Of a stretch of DNA of 64,000 nucleotides, positions 26,948 through 37,748 are shown piece by piece (position 1 is the first letter of the stretch; each line of letters begins with the position of its first letter). The notes beneath the pieces were generated by a model. It was not told the DNA's origin. It saw only the letters and a list, made by a program, of their open reading frames with translations, and made no database searches. The translations under genes were made by a program, and so were the position numbers. Source of the DNA: Malacoraja senta (lineage: Eukaryota); assembly GCA_038087875.1 (NCBI GenBank), contig CM075985.1:24862001-24926000 (forward strand), given 5' to 3'.

Positions 26948-27511
26948 GTAAGTGATTGACGGTTGTTTATCCTTGCACCAAGTTTGTCGGCACAGGTCTC
27001 TGGGTGAGCCATTGAGAAAGCAGCAACGTACAACTTTCACAGCTTTCTCAGATAATGCATTTTCTAAACATTTGCTTGTGAATTAATTGTAGCTGTGGAC
27101 TTTGTGTTGTAAATTATGGATAATCTTCAGAGGACTGTGTTTCAGTGAATATTCCCATTAGACTGTGCTGATCAAGAATTCAACACCAGTTGATATAATA
27201 TTCAGTGATGTGCATAATTGGCAGAAATAGGCTCATGATTATGTGCCTCCAATATGTGAAATGCAAATGAGTATTCCACAGATTATTTTGATTTAATATA
27301 TCTTGTCATCCAAAAATATTGTGATTCAAAAGAAGGCAAAATGTTTCAGGAATTTGGGAGTAGGTGCTGCACATCTTCACAACTATAAACCCGGCCAGTG
27401 CTGAGAAATACCATCAAATGAGGAAATATGTATCTTGCTATTTTATTTTGTACTTTTGGTTAATGAACACTTGAAGGAAGATGAACTGAACCTTTGCTTC
27501 TCCTTTTCCAG

Positions 27512-27853
27512 ACTGGAAATGTAATGGTGTCTGGTCTGCATGGTATAATGACCACATACCAACTGAATACAGTCCAGGCGATACTGAATTACTGGAATCC
27601 ATACGGCAAGATCTGTGTCCTTCCAGTTACTGTACAATTAAAAAGGTTGAGTGCCAATTTGTCGATTTCCCTTATTGGCCACTAAATGATTCACCAGACA
27701 ATGTGACCTGTGACCCAGACTTAGGACTGGTCTGCATAGTCTCCAATGAGCCTTTGGAGGAAGTCAACATCTGTTTTGACTATCAAATTCGATTTTGCTA
27801 TGAGCATGTAGCAACAACAACTCCAAGTACAACATCAACAACAACAATTTCAG
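27512..27853 (+). CDS. CysD exon copy 6
   Basis: Intact AG/GT and open 342 nt frame. Confidence 0.88.
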
Positions 27854-28733
27854 GTAAATATGCCAGTCATGTGCAAGGATACTGTCTTTTATTGATGGGG
27901 CATTTGGAATTTTATCTGTTTCAGTGAGAGTTCCTGATGCATTTCCATCCATCACGTTTCCCCTCTAATGAGCTCTGTACAAACTAGCCAGCCCATATTC
28001 TCTCCATTAATCCCCACTCTTCATGTGGCCATGCTACTTCTCATTTTCTTAAAATTCTATCCCTCACCGACGACTTCCTTCTGCTGCGGTCCATACACTC
28101 TCTCATCCTCCTTCCCTCTGTCTATTTCCAGCAGTAATTCTCAAGCCACCGATCTAAGCTACAGAGTATCCTTCAACTTGGATACCTTTCCCTATGAGGA
28201 ACTCTTACTCTGCCCTTCTTTAACTCTCTATCACTCCTTAACACCATTGAGAAACAACTTCACCAAAAGAGTTTCAAACAACAACATCATCTACTACCAG
28301 CTACAAACTAGACGGGTAACAGTGGGATTACTGTACTTCTTGCCCACAGTTGCTCTTCAAAGGAACCTGGTTTATTCTTCCGTCTTTGAACAAAATATCA
28401 CTGATTCTATCTCACATTATTCTTCCTAATTGATTGCTTTGATTGGATGGCATAATTGGATTTATGTTGCAATTTAAAGGGCAACATGAAGAAGAAAATC
28501 TATTGTGAACATGACAATCTAACTGAATGTGATGAATGGAAACACAAAAGGATGCTGATGGAAGGTTGAGCACTTGCCTCCTTAACATGGGGCAATGGTG
28601 AATTGACAATAGATGCCTGCATTGCTGGTGGTACCTACACCTTGAAATAAAAAATGAAAAGATGGACCTGATACCAAGTCATCGAGGAACAGTGTGCATT
28701 ATAACTTGCCGTGACATCTTTTATGTTTTACAG

Positions 28734-28790
28734 AAACAACAACAACAAAGGTACCACCCACAACTACATCGGCCCGCAGCTACACAGCTG
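28734..28790 (+). CDS. Array Thr mini-exon copy 7
   Basis: Same splice sites as copy 1. Confidence 0.82.
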
Positions 28791-29340
28791 GTAAGTGATT
28801 GACGGTTGTTTATCCTTGCACCAAGTTTGTCGGCACAGGTCTCTGGGTGAGCCATTGAGAAAGCAGCAACGTACAACTTTCACTGAGCTTTCTCAGATAA
28901 TGCATTTTCTAAACATTTGCTTTTGAATTAATTGTAGCTGTGGACTTTGTGTTGTAAATTATGGATAATCTTCAGAGGACTGTGTTTCAGTGAATATTCC
29001 CATTAGACTGTGCTGATCAAGAATTCAACACCAGTTGATACAATATTTAGTGATGTGCATAATTGGCAGAAATAGGCTCATGATTATGTGCCTCCAATAT
29101 GTGAAATGCAAATGAGTATTCCACAGATTATTTTGATTTAATATATCTTGTCATCCAAAAATATTGTGATTCAAAAGAAGGCAAAATGTTTCAGAGATTT
29201 GGGAGTAGGTGCTGCACATCTTCACAACTATAAACCGGGCCAGTGCTGAGAAATACCATCAAATGAGGAAATATGTATCTTGCTATTTTATTTTGTACTT
29301 TTGGTTAATGAACACTTGAAGGAAGCTTCTCCTTTTCCAG

Positions 29341-29665
29341 ACTGGAAATGTAATGGTGTCTGGTCTGCATGGTATAATGATCACACACCATCTGAATACA
29401 GTCCAGGCAATACTGAATTACTTGAATCCATACGGCAAGATCTGTGCCCTTCCATTTACCATACAATTAAAAAAGTCGAGTGCCAATTTGCCGATTTCCC
29501 TGAATGGCCAATAAATGAATCGCCAGACAATGTGACCTGTGACCCAGACGTAGGACTGGTCTGCAGTGTCTCCATAGAATCCTTGGAGGAAGTCAAGGTC
29601 TGTCTTGACTATCAAATTCGATTTTGCTGTGAGAATATAGCAACAACAATTCCAAGTACAACATC
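29341..29665 (+). CDS. CysD exon copy 7, divergent; normal donor deleted (frame stays open to stop at 29846)
   Basis: ORF 29280..29846; intact CysD ending IRFCC; the G|gtaaat donor is absent. Confidence 0.55.
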
Positions 29666-30997
29666 TGTTTTCAGCTGCAATTCTACATTCACCAATCTAC
29701 TCAAACATGGCCTATCATCCATCTTTGTTCCTTTTCCCAATGAGGAACCCTTACTCTTCCCTCCTTTAACCCTCTCTCACACCTTATCTGCTCTCTGCTA
29801 CAGATTCATCTTGATTATCTTATCGCTTTTTCATTCACCTCCATAAAATTCACATGGACCTTGTTGTCATTAAAACTGAGAGGCCTTGAATGTATGTGGT
29901 GTAGTAGACAGTTTGGAAGGCGTAGCGCAAAAGGAGAGCAAGGGGAGGTGGACAGGATAAGCTCTCGGAGTCACAATAGAAGACGGGAGAAAATCTGAAG
30001 GAAGTCCCATGTTCAGGATTATGTTGAGGTGAAATATGTCCCTTTCAGTGATTAACGGGAAGAGTAATGGTGCTGATTCTCTAATGTCCCACTCCAATTT
30101 CTCCTCTATATTTTTCCACTACATTTTCAGGTTGATTACCCAACATCCGGTACTCAATGACCAGAACTTTTCCTCCAAATAAATGCAAGAAAGAACAAAG
30201 CCTTTAGCCTCAGACCACATTTAAAAATTTGATTTGTCGTCATAGCTTCCATCTCCTGTCCAGTAACTGGCAAAGCACAATCTTGAATCACAGGCTTTGG
30301 CCCATTTATCTATTCCATTACTGAGGATGGATTACTGAGATTTCTATCTCTGTGGTATCGCACAATTCTAACCCTCTAGCCTTCACTCTTCAGTCTTCAG
30401 ATTATAAAAAGTTCTGCTGATTGTGTTCTATACCACTCAGCATTCATCAGTTAAGAAATCTGGGTCAGTCTAGTTTACATAAAGGATACAGCATTAATGC
30501 AATTACCTATCTTGAACCAATCGATAAAAGTGACCATTCCCACAAATGATCGAATATTCTGGAGTGATGGGAGTAAATCTAGGAAGCGCTGGATGATGTA
30601 CTGACAGAAACAACACTTGATAAGGCAAGATTTGCCTGGGAGATCATTTCGAATAGAGCGGGAGGTGGATTAGCACCTAGCAAATGAACAACAAAGCTCA
30701 TAGAAACTTTAAACATCCTGGCAGAACAGGACAGGGTTCCCACGCTGTGGAGACTAGACTAAGAGGGTCACCGTCTCCCATTATTGAGCAAGAGATTATG
30801 GACTGAGGAGCAATAATATTTGCACTCAAAGGGTGATGACCCGTATGGAGTTTGCCACTTAAGAAGGCTTAAGAATCCAAGTCACTGAATATATTTATGG
30901 AGGTGGAACAACTTCCAGGCTCAAAAGGTCTCAAGGGGGATGAGGAGAGATAGATGACCATCACCATTTTGGTTTAAATTTCCCCTCTTATTTTCCA

Positions 30998-31395
30998 CAA
31001 ACAAACAAAAATAGTGCAAAAAGACAAAACCAGTACCCCCAAGTCTTAGTTCAGAGCTTATTTGGAGGTTGTAGTAATTAATAGCCTGATGGCTGCATGG
31101 AAGAAGCTATTCGTGAACCTGGATGCTATAGTTTTCAGGCTCCTGTGCCTTCTTTCCGATAGCAAGGGTGAAATGAATGTGTGGCCTAGGTGGTGTGGTT
31201 CTCTGATTATGCTGGATGCCTTTTTGAGCCAGTGACTCCTGTAAATTCCTTCGTTGGTGGGGAGATCGGAACCCGTCATGGACTGGGCCATGCACACCAC
31301 TTTGTGCAGTCTTCTTCGCTCCTGGGCATTCAAGTTGCCGAACCAGTCCGTGATGCAACCAGTCAATATGATCTCTATTTTTTCATCTGTAGAAG
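30998..31395 (-). mobile_element. Rex1/Babar-like LINE 3' fragment
   Basis: ORF 31058..31366 is homologous to the 14196-14755 ORFs. Confidence 0.8.
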
Positions 31396-31624
31396 TTCAA
31401 AAAAAGTCCTCAAGGGGGATGGGGAGAGATAGATGACCAACCATAATCATGTTGGTTTAAAGTGCTAAATGGTCAATGCTCCCTCTTATTTTCCATGTGG
31501 TGTAGAAACATTAGCCAAAGTTTTTTTCTAATACTTGGAATCATGCAGCAGGAAGCAAGCATTTGAACGAAGCACATGCATAGAATCTCAGTGTGCAATT
31601 TAAATGTTTTTGTCTGCTCTCTAG

Positions 31625-31678
31625 AAACAACCTTACCAACAGCGATGCAGACCACAACCACTCCCAGCTACAAACCAG
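31625..31678 (+). CDS. Thr mini-exon (ETTLPTAMQTTTTPSYKP)
   Basis: ctctctag|AA ... G|gtaggt; 54 nt, phase 1-1. Confidence 0.72.
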
Positions 31679-32030
31679 GTAGGTAACAGTGGGTCTCCAA
31701 AGGAGCCTGATTTATTACTTGGAAGAAAATAACACCCTGATTCTGTCTCAGATGACTCGAATTGAGTCATTTGGATATTGTCATCATTGGAATAATGTTG
31801 CAACTTAAAGGGATATATTTTGCAAAATTATGTTCAATGTTTATTGTTAGGTGTGAAAAGTTTAGCCTTTGTCTCCTTAATATGGAATAAATTGGCGATT
31901 GACAATAAATGGCAGCATTGCTGGTGGCACCTACATCCTGAAATTGAAAAGTGAAAATTTTGACCTGATACCAAGTCATCGAGCCACAGTGTGTATTATA
32001 ACTTGTTGTGACATCTTTTGTATTTTATAG

Positions 32031-32096
32031 AAACAACAACAACAACAACAATAAAGGTACCGCCTACAACTACATCAACCAGCACCTACACAACTG
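32031..32096 (+). CDS. Thr mini-exon (ETTTTTTIKVPPTTTSTSTYTT)
   Basis: tttatag|AA ... G|gtaaga; 66 nt. Confidence 0.8.
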
Positions 32097-33249
32097 GTAA
32101 GAGATTGACAGCTGTTTCTCCTTGTACCAAATTTTTCCGCACAAGGACTCTGAGTGGGCTATTGAGAAAGCAGCAAATATTCCTCTTCGATCTCTTTTTC
32201 CAATGAGGAAACTCTACCTCTCTTTCACACCTTGTCAGTGCCCGGAACAGATTTATGTTAATTTCCTTATTGCTTTTTCATTGTCCTTCAAAATAAATTC
32301 TGATGGACCTTGTTGCTGTTAAATTGGAAGACTATGAAGGGATGTTGTGTGGCAGCCAGTTTGGGAAGAGTAGCGCAAAGAAAGGTGGAGGGGAGGGAGA
32401 CAGGATGAGCTTTAGTCTAAAGCTTTCGTGACTTCTAAAGTTTAGACGTCACGAAAGAGGACTGAAGAGAAACTAAAGGAAACACCTTGTACAGGATTAG
32501 GATGAGGTGAAATTACATGCCGTGGGCTAATGACAGGGAGGGAAGTGGTGGAGATTCTTAGGGAATTAGGGTTTTACAATATGGAAGATCACAGTACTGT
32601 AAACCCTCATTTTAACAGAGCACTTTATAACAAGTTTTGGTTTTAGCTGACCGACAGCCAATGCAACTCCTGGCACACACCATCTCCCCTCTGCTTCCGG
32701 CCCCAGCTTCTCACCCCACCCCCGGCTTTCAACGTGCATCATCGTGCCCTTCTTTATCTACTGCACAGTCTGGTTGAGGTGGCTGCAGTTGCGGCTCATG
32801 TTGTAGCCCCATGGGGACAGCGCTTTCTTAGGGCCGTTGCCAATGACAGGATGTGCTTGGTCATTGTGGCGCTCCCTCCACTCTCGCCAGCTGCTACTTC
32901 TAAATGCCGACCCTCACTTTGTCTGCTCAACTGCTGCCTCCTCCTCTTTCCCCCATCGCTCTGTGCACTTGGTCTCTTCCCTGCCCCCTCCACATCCATC
33001 TCCCCTGGAGTCGCCGACATACTCCACCTTGGAAGATGTCGGGGACTGCAGGGTGAAGGAGGAGGAGGCAGCAATGGAGCGGCGGAGTGGGCAAAGCCGC
33101 GGGAGAAGGAGTAGCCGGCTGTGGTGGAGCTGGTGAGAAGAGAGGGAGCCCCTCTGTGATTGAGCACATCTTGTTACTGGCAGTGGCCTGAAGAAAGTGC
33201 TGCCGGCCAGGGGCTGCAACATGAGCCACAACAACAGCCTTCATTGTTG

Positions 33250-33835
33250 GAGACATAGAAGTCATTGTGCAGCTCTATAGGACTTTGGTAAGGTCACATG
33301 TGAAATATTGCATGCAATTCTGGTCGCCCCTTTACAGGAATTATGAGGAGGCTTTGGAAAGGGTGCAGAGGAGGTTTACCAGAATGTCACCTAGATTAGA
33401 AGGTTTCAGCTAGAGGAAGAGTTTGGATAAACTTGCATTGTTTTCTCTGGAACATCGGAGGTTGAGAGGAGACTTGATAGAAGTATATAAAATTATGAGA
33501 GGCACAGATATGGCAGGGAGTCAAAACCTATTTCCCAGGGTGGAAATGTCTAACATTAGATGGTATAGTTATAAGGTGAGATGGGACAAGTTTAATGTAA
33601 ATGTTTGAGGCAATTCTTTTACACAGAAAGTGGTGGGGGCCTGGAATGCTCTGCCAGGGGTGGTGGTGGAAGCAGATATAGTAGTTGACTTTAAGAGGTT
33701 TTTGGATAAGCACGTGGAAGTGCAGAGAATAAAGGGATTTGGATCATGCAGATTAGATCAGATTATCAGGCATCATGTTCAGCACAAACATTGTGGGCCA
33801 AAGGGCCAATATCCGTGCTGTACTGTTCTATTTTC
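33250..33835 (+). mobile_element. CR1 LINE 3' fragment
   Basis: LFSLEHRRLRGDLIEVYKIM and VVGAWNALP. Confidence 0.85.
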
Positions 33836-33993
33836 AATGTCTGGGAAGAGGTGCTGCAGTCTTGTCAGCTATAAAGCTTGCCAGTACTGAGGAATACCAT
33901 CAAATGGGGAAAAGTTATTTTGCTATTTTATTCTGTACTTTTGATTAATTAACATTTGGAAGATAAACTGAACCTTGGCTTCTCCTTTTCCAG

Positions 33994-34335
33994 AGGGGAC
34001 TTGCATTGGTGGCTGGTCTGCATGGTTTAATGGCCATAGACCATCTCCAGACAGTCCAGGCGATATTGAATTACTGGAGTCCATACGACAAGATTTGTGT
34101 CCTTCCGTTTCCTATACAATTAATAAAATCGAGTGCAAATTTGCCGATTTCTCTCAGTGGTCATTAAGTGAATCACCAGACAATGTGACCTGTGACCCAG
34201 ACGTAGGACTGGTCTGCAGAGTCACCAAAGAGCCTTTGGAGGAAGTCAAGATATGTCTTGACTATAAAATTCGGTTTTGCTGTGAGCCTCTGCCAACACC
34301 AACTCCAAGTACAGCATCCACAACAACTATTTACA
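33994..34335 (+). CDS. CysD exon (GTCIGGWSAWFN...CLDYKIRFCC)
   Basis: ttccag|AG ... A|gtaaat; 342 nt; ORF 33975..34373. Confidence 0.88.
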
Positions 34336-35355
34336 GTAAATATGACAGCCTTGTGCAAGGAAACTGTCATTAATTGAGAGGGCATTTGGAATTTTATTCT
34401 GTTTCAGTGAGAATTCCACAGATATTTCAATCCATCATCTTTCCCCCCTCTGTACAAACTGTCCAGCCCATATTCTCTCCATTATCCCTGCCTCTTCATG
34501 TGGCCATGCTACTTCTCATTGTTTCTTCCAAATTCTAATCCTCTGCTGCCGTCCATACACTCTCCCATCCTCCTTCCCTCTTTCTCTGTCCCAGATGCAA
34601 TTCTACATCCACCGATCTACTCAAACACTCTAATATTCTCCTTTGATCCCTTTTCACAATGAAGAACCTTTAACTCTCTTAACTCACCTTAATTGTTCCC
34701 CACTTCAGATTTATTTTGATTTCCCTATCGTGCTCTCAGCCACATTCCAGTCATCCTTCACCATTCGGCATCCTGTAAGAAATCTGAGCCAGTCAGTTTT
34801 ATTCTGAGTGTACAGCATTAATGCAATTGTTTATTGTAAAATGTTTTTCTGCAATACAGAATCGACAACACCTGTAACGATTTATGGGATATAGGGTTTT
34901 GCATTACTGAAGAGGACTATACCATTAAAGCAGTGAAACTAGTCTATAATTTCTCAGGCCAGCTTGACTCATAGCACACCCTCCATCCACTCTCGCAGCT
35001 ACAATGCTACTTCCAGTTAAGGATGTAAGATATATCTAAGCAGAGCTGTTTAGCTCAGGCTGCAGCTGTCCAGTAGTGGCATTGGTTTCCATTGTACAAT
35101 CTGTACAAGAACAGGAGAATTCTTCATACCACAGTCATGGAAATTTAAAGATGGTATGTCAGTTATGTCTCTTGTTGGTCATGGAAAGTTTTGCCTTTGT
35201 CTCGTCAATATGGGGAAATTGGGGATTGACAATAAATGCCAGTATTGCTGGTGACATCTGTATCCTGAAAATGAAAAATAACAAGTTGAACCTGATACAG
35301 TCATAGAGCAACAGTATGCGTTATAACCGACTGTGACATCTTTTATGTTTTATAG

Positions 35356-35415
35356 AAACAACATCAACAGTAACGGTGCCGCGTATAACTTCAACAACCA
35401 ACAGCTCCACAACTA
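35356..35415 (+). CDS. Thr mini-exon (TTSTVTVPRITSTTNSSTT)
   Basis: tttatag|AA ... A|gtaagt; 60 nt. Confidence 0.75.
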
Positions 35416-36861
35416 GTAAGTGGTTGAATGCTGTTGAATCTTGCACCACATTTGCCATTTATTTATTTATTTCCATCACTGTATTATCACACAATTCTAA
35501 CCCTCTAGCCCTGCTGATATCCTCATCAATGTTTCAGCTGGATTTGCATATTCTATTGTACACTTGGTTGCCCACACTTGTTTTTCAATCTTGAGATTAT
35601 AAAAGATTCTGCTGGTTGTGTTCTTAACCAGATCCCAGTCACCTTCAGCTTCAGTTACCAAATCTGTTACCAAATTCAGTTAGCCCACATTATGCAAAGG
35701 ATACAATATTAATGGAATTATCTATCATGAACTAAAGGATAAGAAGGACCATTCCCACACGTGTCACAATATACTGCAGTGATGGGAGAAGCTAGGCATT
35801 CTATTGACAGAGTCAGCACAAGATTTGCCAAGGAGATCAGGGAGAGCAGATGGTGGATTTGCAGCCTGCAAAGGAAAAAATGGTGAGGAAGGCTGTTTGG
35901 AGGGAAAGAGAGAAAACTGAAGTAATGGTTTTGGGTTATGAGATCTGTGTAAACCAATCTTGTTGGTAGATATATCAACATATTTTTGAGATTAGCCAGA
36001 TGTAGCAGGACAATAAACTAAACTAAACTAAAATAGATAACAATCAACCTGTTGGTCTGCCTGCTCTGTAGCTGGGAGTAGATGTCATTGTGGTCAGTAG
36101 CTTTGCTGTCGATTCTGTATTGCAGAAAAACATTTTACCCTGTGACACCTCTAGTTGGAGGTTCCAAAGGTTTGACTTATTGCTTGCCAGTGAAAAGCTT
36201 TTTCTTGCGTGCTAATCAGTCAGCAGAAAGACTATATGATTACAATCGAACTGTCCACAGTATACAGATACATCTTCTGTCACTGCATCACTGCAGTATA
36301 TTGTGCACAGCCTACGGTTGCAGGACAACTTGTTCTATTTGATCTTTTTTGATTGTGCACGCTGGGTTGATTGCATTCGTCGAAACAGGGCGGACCACGT
36401 GAAGGTTGCAATCTTCCAACCCAACATACAGATACATGATAAACAGGATAAAATCTAATGCAAGATAAAGACCAGTAGAGTCTGATTAAAGATAGTCCAA
36501 GGGTCGCCAATGTAGGTAGTAGTTCAGGATTGCTCTCTAGTTGTTCTATCTTCTATGAAATAAATGCCAGCTAGTTTTGCCCTATCTCAAACTTTTCTTT
36601 CAAATTATTTCTTTAAAAATGTTTTCCTCTATTGACTGCTCTGCTATCTCATCCTCAATTTTAGTTTATGACAACAGGTTTAAACCTAGCAAATGGTCAG
36701 TCTGTACAGTTGTATCATTTTATAAAATTGTGCACTCTGTTATAAGCAGGTAACAAAAGTTAGCTTCAATGGTTTCACCTGAACAGTTTCTGTGTAATTA
36801 TTTGATTCGGAAATGCTTTTACTGTGGACGTTATGTTGTAAATCCTGAGGTAGGTTGCTTA

Positions 36862-37109
36862 AGGGCCTGTCCCACTTTCACGACCTAATTCACAACCTTT
36901 TTTACTCGTGGACATTTTTCATCAGGCTAGAAAAACGCCCCGACCTACTTGATGCCACGAGTACCTACGACTAGCATCACGACCTACCTATGACCTACCT
37001 ACGACCTCCTAAGGCCTCCTACGACCTCGTGATGACCATGCTACGAGTATGAGTCAGGGGCAAACTCGGCAGAGGTCGTAAATTAGGTAGTGAAAGTGGG
37101 ACAGGCCCT
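36862..37109. mobile_element. PIF/Harbinger-like MITE
   Basis: Same TIR; TTA duplication; internal acgacct repeats. Confidence 0.85.
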
Positions 37110-37636
37110 TTACTATGTGCATAATCTCAACACTTCAACACCTACATTTCTGACGATGGAGGTTCTCAGTAAGCAGTCCCATTACTGCATACTCTGTGTG
37201 GGTGCAGATTGTCAGATCTGAGTTTGCAACATTGCCAAATATGCCTGGGTGTGATGAAGCTGTTGATGAACGGTATCAATTCTGATTGACAAATTGTTGG
37301 GGTGTGTGATAGCTAATGTTAAATTGAGCAGTGGTTGGGTGGTTTGGTATAGCTGGTCGAGATGCTGCCTCATATCTCGAGCAAACTGGATTCAATTTGT
37401 CAATCAGAATAGTAAGATTAAACGAGAACTTACCAGTTTGAAGTTTGATCTTTATTTTATGAGGAGTTACGTTGGTGATTACGTGAAGAACCCCGTCAGG
37501 GCGCATGCGCGTCAATCTTCAAAGCAGCGGTATGAAATCACAGACAACACCATAATTGAAGTAACATATTAAGATGATCAACATGAGAACTACCATTATG
37601 ACCTTTTTTCTATGAGAGAGGGTTGGGCGTGGTGGG

Positions 37637-37748
37637 CACGTAATCACCAACGTAACTCCTCATAAAATAAAGATCAAACTTCAAACTGGTAAGTTCTCGT
37701 TTAACCTTACTATTTTACTTCGGAGTCACGTGAGTGACTACGTGAAGA
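37637..37748. repeat. DIRS internal complementary region (ICR)
   Basis: 37637-37714 is the reverse complement of 37408-37485; 37715-37748 is the reverse complement of 42199-42232. Confidence 0.92.

Larger units (their letters stand above)
17176..29665 (+). repeat. Tandem array of ~1847 bp units (about 6.8 copies), each with a decayed Thr exon, a 57 nt Thr exon and a 342 nt CysD exon
   Basis: acttcaccaaaagagtttca recurs at ~17176, 19023, 20870, 22717, 24565, 26414 and 28257; the ORF track repeats with a 1843-1850 bp period. Confidence 0.97.

Noticed and set aside
17176-29665. Repeated 60-155 aa ORFs (e.g. MSSVQTSQP..., MYSNWKDT...) as a tandem gene family or CRISPR-like array
   Set aside because: They are intronic or antisense by-products of the 1.85 kb duplication; there is no repeat-spacer structure and the DNA is eukaryotic
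32596-33265. GC-rich stretch with overlapping 100-126 aa ORFs and a possible Tigger-like end (tactgtaaaccctcattttaac)
   Set aside because: No recognisable domain and no second TIR found; probably a TE fragment, not supportable as a gene
34860-35020. Possible extra Thr mini-exon starting cag|AATCGACAACACCT
   Set aside because: In-frame stop after 10 codons and no phase-1 donor
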